Source: Lepidodermella squamata
Taxonomy: Eukaryota > Animalia > Gastrotricha
NCBI GenBank assembly: GCA_047495785.1
Contig: JBLDXI010000032.1
Span: 3,844,001-3,908,000, forward strand
Length of the DNA: 64,000 bases
Reading direction: 5' to 3'
The notes under the pieces are model-generated. The model was not told the DNA's origin and ran no database searches. It saw only the letters and a list, made by a program, of their open reading frames with translations. How positions within the stretch are numbered: position 1 is the first letter of the stretch; the number at the start of each line of letters is the position of its first letter. Of this stretch, positions 47,746 to 60,203 are shown piece by piece. Position numbers and translations under genes: made by a program.

Positions 47746-50404
47746 TCACTTTGCCGAACACAAGTGACACAAATATTCTTCTTTTTTAGTAGGTTTTTTT
47801 CTTAACCCTGAGCAATTTCCATGACTCCACAAGTGGCACGTGGAACACTCCACCCACCAACCATTCTTGCAATCTGTCACTTTCAAGCATACAACGCATC
47901 CATCTTCATCTGAATCAGTTATATTTGGAGATGGCGGCGAAATCAAAATTGAATTGACAATTATTTTACAAGTTGGGCGCTTTTTTCTCAAAATAGGCGA
48001 TTCTTTTGGCGGTGAACATTCAGTGACAAAGGGAGAAATATCTTCAGCAGGTGGGTGATTTTCAGCTACAGTAATCGTTGATGCTGCTATACTGATGGAT
48101 CGCGGGCAACAGTAGATTACGCCGGCGATTTGATACCGTTCATTCTGCAATCTCCCGATAGAGCTTTGTTGCCATGAAATCAAAGCTGAATGAATGTAAG
48201 TTATTAATATTCGTTAACCATAATAAATTTGCCATCTTACATTTTTGCGCAGCCGTGTCATCGATGAGGCCCACAGATGTTTCAGTCAAGGCGAAAGCGG
48301 TGATTGTCACGTAATGGCTGCCGTTAAGCAGTATCGCGGAGTGACGTTGATATCTATTACACCATGTAAACAGGTTATCGGAATTCAGGCTATTAATAGG
48401 AAATCCTCACATTTTATCGTCATATTGCAGGTTTTCGGGAAACATGAAGATTTCAGAAGCAACAAAAATAGGATCGCATTCTTGAACATCCACGTAGATG
48501 AACGGCAAGGCCTTTGATGGTGCCACGGTTCTTTGTCCATTACAATAAACTTGCCTGTTCAACTTGGTTGTTGATCATCATGTTGTTTATGTTGCTAATT
48601 AACTCACATTATTTTTCCGGCTTGTGCGGCCATAACATAGCAAAGGCCCCGAGGGCATCCAGAATCGGTGACATCTGTGTAGCTTTTACCGGGGAACGGT
48701 CGTGAACAACGCTGGGTTATTGCAGCCAGTGAATCGGTTAGCAGGGCATTATTGTTCGATTTCTTGTCTGGATTTTGTTGATTTTCTCTGAATTTTCCAT
48801 TGTGATAGATAAAAATTGTTAGCTCACAAGTAGTTGAAGCTTGGAAGTTATTTACAATTTCAAATCTGCTGGTGGATCAACTTTCAGCAGTTGTCTCGAG
48901 GAGGCTGTTGGCAAGGGACAGCAATTGCTGCTGCAGGTTTCCTGACGTTTCAATCCTGCTTGCTCCATAATGACGTTGAATAACGCACCCGCAATATGGT
49001 CCAGCTTGGCTCGGTGTTTGCCGCTTCGTTTCACGAATTTCATTATGCTCTGCATGCCGCTGTTGTTTCGAAGGAAGGCCATTCTTGCTTCTTGGCAAGT
49101 CGTTTCAATTGTTGTTGCCGCTAATAACTGGAGCAGCTGTTTGAAGTCGATCGATGGCACGTCGTTTCGGGTATGCATGAGCGCAGTGATAATTGCGTCC
49201 AGCGCACATAAATTACCAACTGAAAATTTTTTAGTTTCGCAGGTATTCGGTAGGCAGATGACAGGTGGCTGCATAACTAAACTCGCCTCTGTTTTGTTGA
49301 TATCAGATTCAGCAGCCTGATGAACATGATTGCGTTGATTAAACTGCTCTGCGTTCACCCGCCTAATTTGCTCGTTGAGTTGGCGCACAATATCGGAGTT
49401 CGGCTCGCAAGCAGCCGCTTTGCTACCCGCCTTGGCGTTAGAAAGGCTCATGGATTGGTAGTGGTAGGCCGAATTCGGATCACAACGCCTGGACCATTCA
49501 GCTGTTGCAGCGGCGATATCAACGGTTTTTTCCGATTCCGTTTGATCGGCTAACTTCCTGCTAGATTTCACTGCTGGCTTTGATTGTTTCGGCTCCGATA
49601 ACTTGACAGGATTGGCACGTTTTCGACCTGCCTTCGCCAGCAAAGGGAACTTGAGATCGGCCAAAACTGCACCTACGGTGTCGATCAAGTACTGCTTGAG
49701 GCGTTCAATAAACGGCCCTAGAGCAAAACGCTTTCCGTCGAGCACGTCGATTTTGAAATGACGAAATTCGGACTCTTTGGCCGAATTACTAATTCTTGTC
49801 GCGCCCTGGGGCTGCAGCTTCGTTCTCACGGGCACGGTGCATTTTGGTGTGCCATCTATCTTATAATTCATGCCGAGCATTATTCCCGACCACAGAAGTA
49901 TGACAGGCATTCGTCGATTTTTAGTGCTTTAACACACTGTGGGCGATAAATTTCGTTCCGAACAAGCTTATCAGCGGGCAATTTCTCGAAAATTGCTGCC
50001 TGGGCTGCTTTGATTTTGACTGTCAAATCAACGAAATGCCTTCCTGACGGCGTGCTTTCAGCGAGAGTTCCATCGAACGAATAGTCATTCACTTCGTCAT
50101 AAGATTCATCAGAATCCGCTTCCAGCTGATCTATTTCTGAATCTGGCAACAATTCAGCCGCCTCGGATAACGAAATCACTCGACTTTGATCAATGCTGAT
50201 TTCTAAAACTGCCATCAGTTCTTTCTCGGCCTCATAGTCGACGAATTCTGAGTCGGAAATTCGAACAATGAGCGAATAGATTTTTTCGGCTTGAGCCAGA
50301 GTCGCACAATTTTGAAGTCGAGCAAAACAGGATGTTAATAAACGGCGAGACAGCTTTGCTGTTTTCTGACTAACTGGCTCCTTGTCCTGGCTAACTGTTG
50401 TCAA
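47746..50404 (-). mobile_element. Degenerate NOF/Foldback(MULE-related)-like transposase C-terminal part with cysteine-protease-like motifs and a PHD finger
   Basis: LLWSGIM...SNSAKESEFRHFKIDVL resembles NOF-type proteins (from recall); NLCALDA (about 49200) and GSHYVT..IDD (about 48310) resemble protease Cys/His boxes; clear PHD CVVC..WVECSTCHLWSHGNC..YLCHLC; frameshifted. Confidence 0.55.
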
Positions 50405-53400
50405 GTTCAGCAGTGGCTCGGTATATACCGACGCCGCCGTTCAGGTTAAATCATACACCCAGTCAAGCGTTGTGTAGTCCCCCTGCATGGCATCCTCCTC
50501 GCCTGGCATCTTACCAGGCTCCATCAAGATCAATTGCAGTCCCTAGGGACACCGATGCTCTTAGAAACGAATCTCCTTCGTTCCCGAATCCTTTCGCGGA
50601 TCCAGAGCCGGGTAATCAATTAATGATTTGAATTTATACTAATCAGATTTGTTCTTATTCAATTTAGCTCCTACAATCACCGTAGCCAGCTCAAACGTTC
50701 CGCCTGTTTGCAATACACCAATAGCAAGTGTTGGCTTGAGGAAGCCTGGTCGAGCCCAACCGTCGAGGCTATCAGATCCTCAGCGAAATTCTAAAACACA
50801 TCAAAGCAGTGAGTGTTAAACTTCCCTAACTGATTGTCTCAAATTTTGTACAATTTCAGCACCCATTGCAAACCCGTTGTGTTGGCGGCGTCTAGGAACA
50901 AACCAAGAACCAGCAGCAACAGTGACATCCATGTCGAGCCTATCAATCCCTTCGCTACAGTTAATGGCAAGTATAATCTGCTGTGCTCATTCAATTTAAT
51001 GCCAATTGTTCTTTTAGATCCAAGATTTTTTTTAATGCTGAAAATGAGATAGGCATTGGACTAAACTTCCCAGCCGGGACTTCTGAACTGTTGAACATTT
51101 CAGCTCCACGTAAGAAGTCATTAAATGCCTATTTGACCTTATCTTATATTTTTTTTATTTTAGCACCCGCCAGTGTTTTATTCGACGTGTACCGACCGTC
51201 CGCTTCAGCCTTAACAATCCATCCTAATACCGGCGTTGTCTCACAAGAAAATATTCCGCCGGATGTCCTAGCTGAGTTGCAAATGTCTCTGCGAGAGCTT
51301 GATCGAGAGCTAACAGGGGAAGAATTTCTGCAGTCTTTTGCAATAGGTAACCTTTATTCTAACTTAACGTTACCGAATTACCTATTAAATCTTCGTCTTT
51401 AGATTTATTTATTCCTGAACCCGCACCTATCGTTATTCAAGAGAAGAAACCAACTACCCACCGAGTTGCGAGGAGCCGCATTTTTGTTGAAAATCTAATT
51501 CCAACACATCGCTTGACATCGACGAACTATCACTGCGGCGATTGTGACGCGCGACTCTTCTTGGAGGAGAAAGTTGCAGGAACAAAAGCTATGCCCATCT
51601 TTTCAATGTGCTGTGGTCGCGGTAAATTTGATCTACCGCCACTCAGGAAATGATCTGATGGGGCTACTTACTTCGAACCACGAAACCGCTGTCACCTTCC
51701 GGCAATATATTCGCGCCTATAATAATAACTTCGCGTTCACCTCGATGGGTGTCCAACTCGATCATAGCGTGGCTAATGGCCGCTCTGGCCACTTCAAATT
51801 TCGAGTTCATGGCGAGATGAGACATCTATACGGCGCTTTAGAACCAGAAGATGAAATACCGAAATTTGCCCAACTCTATATTTACGATTCTGACAACGAA
51901 ATCAATAATCGACTGAGCCATATGCCAGACCTAAATCCTGTCATCGTTTCAACTCTAAGAGAATTAATGCACCAATCTAACCCGTACGTGCATATTTATA
52001 AGTATGCTGCTGAGCTACTAAGAAGTACGAACAACATCTCAGTTCTATTGTAAACCGATCGTGACGTTGACCGTCGTCGTTACAATTTACCTAATGCGAA
52101 AGAATTGGCCGTTATTCTACCTGGTGCTAACTGGGACCCCGAAGCGAAATGTCGTGATATTGTTCTTCGTCTGAGGGGTGGTAATTTGAATCGTATTAAC
52201 GAACGAAATGCGAATTACGACCCTTTACGTTATCCTCTTCTCTTTCCGCGTGGCGATCTTGGATATACCGACGACATTCCGATCAACGATGGGTACCGGG
52301 GTAGACAGATCACCGCCATGGAATATTACTCTTATCGTCTCATGATGAGAGAAGGCAGTTTTCTTCAACTTTACGGCCGGCTGTTTCAAGCTGTTTCAAG
52401 CTGTCGGCTGTTTCCGACTGTTATTGTCGATTCGTGGGTCAAGATCGAAACTCAGCGGTTAAACTTTCTCAAATACAATCAAAATATATTACGAGCGGAT
52501 TTGTACCAAGGCTTCGCTGACGCTGTTGCAGAAGGTGATCGCGATTTGAACCGCGTCGGTCAGCTCACAGTTTTGCCGTCTTCATTCATCGGATCTCCCC
52601 GGTTTATGCAGCAGACTTACCAAGATGCAATGGCTTTGGTCCGCAATTTCGGGCACCCAGGGTTTTTCGTCACTATGACCTGTAACCCGACTTGGCCCGA
52701 AATTGAATCCGAGTTAAACCGTGACGTAAACGGCAATCTTACTCAATCAGCCTCTGATCGTCCTGATCTTTGTTCACGTGTATTTCGGCTCAAATTCCGT
52801 GAGTTAATGATCGACCTTACCAAGCGACAAATCTTAGGTCGAGTGGCTGCGCATATTCACGTCATCGAATTTCAAAAAAGAGGTCTTGCTCATGCGCACA
52901 TTCTTCTGATTATGGCTCCAGAAGATAACCCTTTAACACCGGAAGAGGTTGACAAAGTTATTTCGGCTCGGTTGATCCGATTACCCACCCGAGGCTTCAC
53001 GCAATTGTCACAAAGTCAATGGTTCATGGTCCCTGTGATTCCCGTTGTTTGGAAAATGGTCAATGTACTAAAAATTTTCCAAAACTGTTCGTCGAAAATA
53101 CCAATTGTACTCGGGACGGATATCCAAACTACCAACGCCGAAACGATGGGAGAACGTTCAAAGCACGGAATGGCGTCGAGCTTGATAATCGGTGGGTGGT
53201 ACCCTATAACCCCTTTCTGTCGCTTAAATACAATTGTCACATCAATGTCGAGGTCTGCAGCGGCATTCGAGCAGTAAAATACCTGTATAAATACGTTTAT
53301 AAAGGTGAGTTAATTGAAACAAATAGTAGTTTCATTTATTCATTTATATTTATATTTATCATTTATTCATGTTTTAGGCCACGACCGAACCTTGATGGCA

Positions 53401-55290
53401 CTCCGTGATCCCAAAATGCCTGTCGATGAAATCGCCAATTACCGCGATGCTCGATACGTTTCAACGTCGGAAGCCAGCTGGCGGCTGTTTGGTTTTTCTC
53501 TTCATCGCGAGTTTCCCGCTATTTGCCGCCTCGACTTACATCTCCCTGATCAACAGCGTGTTACATTCGACCCGAAAAAAGCTAATCCTGGTCTCGCTTT
53601 GTTAGGTCGAACTAAATTGGCCGCATTCTTCGAAATCTGCCGAACTGATCCGCGAGCCAGACGATTTACCTACCCCGAAATTTGTCGCGAATTCACGTGG
53701 CATCCCAAGATTAAGCAATGGAAACCCAGGGAAAAGGGTCATGGCAACGTCGGTCGTGTTTACACCTGCTCGCCCCATCAAGAAATTGACTACCTGCGAC
53801 TACTGCTGCACGTGGTTAAAGGTCCCACTTCTTTCGAGGCTTTGAGAACTGTTGCTGGAACTGTTCACCCTACTTTCATCGACGCATGCCGAGCTCGAAG
53901 TCTCGTGGAAAATGATGATGAAGTTGAACACAGTTTACTCGAGGCCGTGCAATTTCAGATGCCAGGACAACTGCGGAAATTGTTTGCAATGCATCTTATC
54001 TATTCGAATCCTCCCAACCCGCATTTACTTTGGCAGCAATTCGAAACACATTTTTGCGAAGATTTCATGCATAACGACGGCATTAATCACATCACCGATC
54101 GAATTCGCAATCGAGCGCTGGCTCAAATCGAGTTAAGCCTTAATTACCACAGCAAGTCGCTCTCAGATTTCCCTCAGATGCCTCTAGCTGCCGCCGAGGA
54201 GCAAATGTTCGAATTGATACGAGAGGAGACCGAATATGATCGCGAGCAATTAAAAGCGTTTGTCCTCGAGAAAACGCCTCTGTTTAATGACGAACAACTG
54301 ACGGCTAAGGACGAAATCGAGAACGCTGTATTCCATAACGAGCCTAATGTTTTCATGCTGCAAGCTCATGGTGGTTGCGGTAAAACCTATCTATTCAATT
54401 TACTGCTTGCCTCGGTTCGCTCTCGAGGTGAAATCGCCCTTGCCTGCGCCTCTTCTGGGATAGCAGCCCTGTTGTTGACCGGTGGCAGAACAGCTCATTT
54501 CCGTTTGAATATTCCCATCAACATTCACGAGTCGTCTACATGCTCCATATCAGCACAGTCGGCTCTGGCTGAATTGATTCGTCGAGCAAAACTTATAATC
54601 TGGGATGAAGGGCCTATGATGAGTCGCTACATCTTCGAGGCCGTCAATCGAACTTTGAAGGACATCGGACAAAATCAGTCACTGTTTGGCGGGCTAACAG
54701 TTGTTATCGGTGGTGATTTTCGACAGTGTCTACCTGTTGTTCCAAAGGGTGGTCGCCATCGTATCGTTGAACAATCGCTTTCTCGATCTCATTTCTGGCC
54801 TCAGGTTCGGAAATTAACTTTGTCGAAGAACATGCGAGTTATTGATGACCCTGCTGTCGCCGGTTTCCCCGAATGGCTTTTGCGAGTCGGCGATGGCTTA
54901 GCTGAAGGACCTGTCGGATTGGAGCCTGACTTGATAACCCTACCGGAGCCGATAAGAAACGTGAACAATTTGAACGATCTTATTTCCGCCATTTACGGTG
55001 ATTTGCCGACCCGCTACAATGAGCCTCAGTACTTGGCCGAACGTTGTCTTTTGGCTACTCGCAACGACGAGGTCGATTTGTTGAACGAGCGAATCTTGAA
55101 AGATCTACCTCAAAAGGAATTGGTTTACCTGAGCGCCGATTCTGTCGATAATCCGAATCTTCGTCAGTACTATCCAACGGAACTACTCAACACTTTTACC
55201 CCGCCGAGTCTTCCACCTCACAAGTTGGTGCTTAAAGTGGGTGCGCCTATCATACTGTTACGCAATCTTGACCCCGCTTCAGGATTACTG
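50405..55290 (+). mobile_element. Helitron Rep-helicase gene, intron-containing, disrupted and 3'-truncated
   Basis: CxxC..CC finger, YNNNFAFTS, FAQLYIYD, YPLLFPRG, Rep motifs TMTCNPTW, EFQKRGLAHAH, KYLYKY; PIF1 helicase GGCGKT, GGRTAH, IWDE, GDFRQ; stop at 52051, frameshift near 52970-53019; ends at LRNLDPASGL. Confidence 0.95.
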
Positions 55291-57542
55291 CCATTGTTTT
55301 GGATTGGCTTGAAAGACGCTTCGAATTCTTCGTATGAAATTGTTGTACTGCATTCACCGTCCTCTATTGGGCAGACGTGGCAAGGTTCAGGCGATGATGG
55401 AGAAACCGACTCGTCGTCGCTGTCAGCCTTAGTTTTCAAACGCGACGATACCCAAGCGCTCAAATCACTCAAAGGCCCTGTCGTCAAATCATTATACAAC
55501 CGTTTCCTAGCCTCTTCAGTGTTCCGGAGGTTGCTTTTTGTCAGAACAGTCGAATAGAAACCGCTGGATGGTTTCGAACATTGCCGTACTACGTCACTTG
55601 GAACTTAGTTACCCCACTCTGGGTGGTCTTTGAGATAAATTTCTACGGCGTGACGATGAACGTTACAAGGACCAGCCCTTCTGGACGACTCCTCGCTCAT
55701 AGACTTGATGTAAAATTAACTTTCTATAACATTTCAAGCAAATATTTATATAATTCCGTTTTGCCATTTTATAGACTTGATAAATTGAAATTGGAGAAAT
55801 CTCCGTCAGAAGGTTGAAAAACCTGCTGAACAGCCTATTGAAAGCTATTGAAACGGGTCGAAAATCCCCACCGAGGTCGGAAAATAAACGAGGTAGTCCA
55901 ACTGAAGCGAAAAAACCTGAAATCGAGCCCGAGCCATTTGAAAAATGTGTTGAGTATCTCCTTACAAAAGCCGAGAAATAATGGGTCGAAAAACGAAACC
56001 AGGCGGCCGATCTCATGTTCGAAATCATCCTATCAACTTGAAATGCACCCTAACACGCCATTTTGAAGATTTGGTTGGTGAAATAGCCTGAGAAACTTGC
56101 TGTTGATTATCAAGCCTCGAAACCGAAAAGGTTACTCAAAACTGTCAAGCATCATTCAGTTGTGATTTGAAGCAATCATGAACAACGGCGAAGAATTTGT
56201 TCATAAAATGGTAAGCTGTTGAAAAGTTTAGGCGTGAAGTTTCAAAAGTTAGCACCTGTTGTTAAGGTGGATTATGTTGTTACTTCTTATTGCAATAACT
56301 TCCGCTGATATCGCGAATAATCAATCCCGTCTTTCCTTCTCTTGAATAATTAGCGCTATAATTTTTCACTTCAACAAATGTTTGGAGGGTTCTAATCTGC
56401 GGGCTTGGGAAACTATTTTAAGGTGGAATTCCAGTTCTTATTGCCAGGCAGGATGGCTATTTGGCTGGAAACTTATAAACTTCAGCATTTGCACCGTTAC
56501 TAATTTATTTTTATCCTAGGTAATTGCTGCTAGCAAACGGGAAGAAACTGAGCTTAGCGACACTGAAGCAGTCTATCAACAAGTGTCCGCTGAAGCAGTC
56601 TTTCAATAGCTGTATGCGGCTGGAAGAATCTGAACCAAATGATAAAAACTGATGCATATATTTTTTGAATTTCTATTCTATTGCTGTGGTAAAGTACGCT
56701 GTCATCTCGAACTTTATGGACGAATAAAAATGAACATGAACATTCGTAAACATTTTCCAATATAAAATTGAGGATTCGCCATTTATCAGCCGATATTTTT
56801 CAAGTCGCAAGCGCGAAAATATATATTTTGCCAAATGTTCCGACATATACGTTCGTAAAATGACTTTTCACTGTTTCACCCGTATATTTCAAACAGTGCG
56901 CCTAAAATTAAAGCACTCAAAGCTCTAAATTTCCCGAATGTTTCTATTTCGATGGGTTTGTTTTCGGTCTTTTCGGAATTTTCGGAAATTTCAATACCCG
57001 GCTTTGATGGTAACTAACAAGAGGATTTAAGGTCAAATTTTTTATGATTTTTTAGGTCTGATATCTATAGCTACGACACGAGCAGGAAAAGTCATAATTT
57101 TTGACTCTATTCGTGATTCTTCTCGACATATTATCTAAGGCTGAACGGGAGAACTTGGGCAAAGTAACTAAGCCAGCTGAAAGAGCGGCTGTGCGAAAAC
57201 CGAAGTCGATCGATCAAAAGAGCATATCGAGGAAGAACAGAATAAATCGACCCAAGTATATATTTTATTGTTATGAACAACAAAAGCCCGCTGTTATTTA
57301 TAAATAACAGTTGCCATAACGACACTGGAGTAACTAGAATTTCTTTGGATATGTGTTTTAAGGTTTAGGATTATTTCATTTAACGATATTTTTGTAAAAT
57401 AAAATGTTAACTGTCATTGCAGCGAAATCCGACAATCCCTATATCCTTTTTAGCTTGCATAACGGGTAAAAAATAAAACGTAAAATCATGTATTTTTGGG
57501 CTGAGTATTAACATACCGTATAAGTATACCGATTCTGCCTTG

Positions 57543-57560
57543 TAATAAGGCCCAGCCCTG
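57543..57560 (-). mobile_element. hAT-like terminus (CAGGGCTGGG on the minus strand)
   Basis: CCCAGCCCTG at 57551-57560 with nearby ATACCG repeats; partner end not identified. Confidence 0.3.
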
Positions 57561-57839
57561 CCTTATATATGAATTACCTGGAGGCTTTGCTTTAAAACGG
57601 GACTGCCCTTTATTTCTGCCTACAAACGGTAATTATTGTATTACCATCCTACAACATCATGAAACGACTAAGGAAAGCAAAACTTCATACTATCAAAGCG
57701 ATTTGAAACTGTTCCAAAGCGGTGACAGAAATGAGTGAATGCACGCTTGACACTACACTTACTCTAAACTGGCGATAAAATGACTGATTTGTAACATTGA
57801 TACTTCAAATCACTTTTGAATTTGCGAAGTAACGTAATA

Positions 57840-57955
57840 CAGAGCGTTCGCGTAATAATACTCTTCTAAAAATAGCTTTGCTACTTTTTGCATTCATTTG
57901 AGCTTTTTTGTAGCTATTTTTAGCTCACTCAGAGTATTAATACGCGAACGCCCTG
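57840..57955. mobile_element. Tc1/mariner-type MITE, 116 bp
   Basis: 25-bp TIRs CAGAGCGTTCGCGTAATAATACTCT / AGAGTATTAATACGCGAACGCCCTG (2 mismatches) flanked by TA on both sides. Confidence 0.85.
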
Positions 57956-58495
57956 TAGTGAGTGCCCTTAATACAACACATAAATCTTCAATAAAGTCCC
58001 AACGGTTTTAAATAACCCTGTAAAAGTACCTAATAGACTTTTTCGGAAAAACTGAACAAAAACAAGTTCCAATAAATGTCAAAAGCAAGGAATTTGGGAA
58101 TTAATAACGAGAGGAATACCTAGGCAAGGAACAGGGAAAGGAATTATCAGCAAGTAGAGCAATATAGCTAAGTTTTATTGCTGCTATGAGACACAGTTAA
58201 CCGGCAGCTGATAACTCTCGAGCCCCACGCGGCGCGCGAGCGTTATAGCGAGACAATAGCGCGTTAAAGAGTTATTCGCTGTTGGGTTCCACTTGACTTT
58301 GAGAGCGCGCTCCTGCATGAATACGCCGGCCATCCGCTGTCCATCCGATACGCATCACTACACGCGCTCCGATCTGATGTGAAAATGATATTCCGTAAAC
58401 AAAATTTTGATCGCTGTGATTGATAATATCGGTTTGGCGCCAGTTTACATTATTAGCAACAATTTTAGACGCCACCTTTTTCATGCCACCTGGAC

Positions 58496-58541
58496 TATAT
58501 AAAGCTCAGTCTAAGCCTAATGACTCATCATCTCATCAGTT
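58496..58541 (+). promoter_or_regulatory. Candidate TATA + initiator core promoter
   Basis: TATATAAAG at 58496-58504, TCATC about 29 nt downstream and TCAGTT at 58536-58541; two GCCACCT copies just upstream. Confidence 0.5.
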
Positions 58542-58662
58542 CGCAATAGTAATTCGCATTAATCGAATAAGAGAATAAGAGAATAAGAGAAAATCAGGTG
58601 CTTGGCAAAATTTCACGAAAGTTCACGAAATTTGACGTTTGTTAACGAATTTTACTCGAGCA

Positions 58663-60171
58663 ATGTCTGGTGGTCGCAGTTTCCACCCGGCTAACTGCGC
58701 ATGCTGCGCGAAATGTCCGGAATGCTGCTGCCTACCGAATCAAGCGACAACGACGACAACGACGACAACGGCTGAAATGGCGGGTGGCGGCGGTACCAAG
58801 CGAAACGCCGACCAGCTAACCGCAAAAGCGATAAATGAAACCGGAAACCTCGAAAACGGCTCGACAGGCGAAGAGGCGAACGAAGTAAATGGCTTTCAAG
58901 TGAAGTTATCGAAGAGTGCGAAGAAAAGAGCGAACAAGAAGAAGGCCGAGCAATCAGCGGCTGCGGCGAAACCGACCCAGAAACCGAACCCGAATCCGAA
59001 ACAATCGAACCGCAGGCGATTGGCTGAGTTCCCGGTCATCATCGACGGGGTGTCTGGCATCGCTGGCGATCGTGCGATTATTGAGGAGTTTCGACGCGTC
59101 TGCGGCACCGAGTTCGCTTTCTACGGCAGACCGCAAGTCATGCAGAACGGCGGCTTGTTCCTGAAGATGACGTCGGCAGCTGCACAAGCGAAGGTCCTCG
59201 ACTGTGGCAACTGGCCGGTGGACGCATTTGGTGGCAAGGCTTGGTCTCATCAGCCAGGCGACTACGCCAAGCGGCCCGTCCAACGACCCGAGCGACAACC
59301 GGTTCGACCTTTGCTCTGGAAAGCGAAGACGTACGGCCTTCCCGACTGGGCCGAGCTCGACGAAGTCGAATCCGACCTTAAAGGTGACGGAATTTCCAAA
59401 CTGATAAGAATCCAATCTAAAATTATTGGCCGTAATGGCCCAGTTATCATTGATTTCAATAGTGAAGACACCCGGAAGAAAGCGTTCGATACTGGCCTTG
59501 TCTGGTGCTCGATGCTGCTGAAGGTCGTCCCGTACGTCGAGAAGCTGCAGCCCAGGCAGTGCTACCGGTGTCAGGGTTTCGGCCACGTCGAGCTCGTGTG
59601 TCCTGAGAAGCAGCCGAAGTGCGCCAACTGCAGTGGTCCTCACGACCGGCGAGTTCTAGGCGCCTGCCCGATCGAAGCGGAGAAGAAGAAGCGCGAGGCG
59701 GAGCGACAGCGCCACCTTGAGCAGATGACCGACGAGATCGTGGTCCCGAAGCCTCTGCACCTGGTTTGCGCCAACTGCGGCAAAGACCACTCGGCGAGCT
59801 ACGGCGGCTGCGAAGAGAAGAGAAAGTGGAGTCAAGTTGTTGCTGGCAAGGCCGATCGCAAGCCCGAGCAGAAGTCGACCCCGCCGGCCGAGCAGGCGAA
59901 GAAGACGGCAGAGAGTACCGGAAGCGACGATGGTGTCATCCGCAAGGAAGACATCTTGGACATCCTGAAGACGATGGCGACGGCAATGGTGGCGGCTTTC
60001 ACGGCGGCGAACAATGTCGGCAAAGGCAAGTCACCTGCTGATGCCGTTGTTGCTGTCATCGCGGATAGTCTCGCCGCGCTGGTCAAGCCCGACACGGTTC
60101 GCTCATGGTTCGCCAAGGCTCCGCGTCAACCGCCCAGTTCAGGCAACAACGTTCGAACTGGTCGCAGCTGA
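58663..60171 (+). CDS. LINE gag-like ORF1 with three CCHC knuckles
   Basis: CYRCQGFGHVELVC, CANCSGPH...C, CANCGKDHSASYGGC; uninterrupted. Confidence 0.88.
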   Translation: MSGGRSFHPANCACCAKCPECCCLPNQATTTTTTTTAEMAGGGGTKRNADQLTAKAINETGNLENGSTGEEANEVNGFQVKLSKSAKKRANKKKAEQSAAAAKPTQKPNPNPKQSNRRRLAEFPVIIDGVSGIAGDRAIIEEFRRVCGTEFAFYGRPQVMQNGGLFLKMTSAAAQAKVLDCGNWPVDAFGGKAWSHQPGDYAKRPVQRPERQPVRPLLWKAKTYGLPDWAELDEVESDLKGDGISKLIRIQSKIIGRNGPVIIDFNSEDTRKKAFDTGLVWCSMLLKVVPYVEKLQPRQCYRCQGFGHVELVCPEKQPKCANCSGPHDRRVLGACPIEAEKKKREAERQRHLEQMTDEIVVPKPLHLVCANCGKDHSASYGGCEEKRKWSQVVAGKADRKPEQKSTPPAEQAKKTAESTGSDDGVIRKEDILDILKTMATAMVAAFTAANNVGKGKSPADAVVAVIADSLAALVKPDTVRSWFAKAPRQPPSSGNNVRTGRS

Positions 60172-60203
60172 ACGTGGCCAGGTGGACCGACGGGCAAGCT
60201 GGC

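Noticed and set aside
55290-56600. Coding-like patches after the Helitron break, including the tail of ORF 53314-55557
   Set aside because: Short, stop-interrupted, on both strands, no assignable family; the ORF tail is read-through past the truncation
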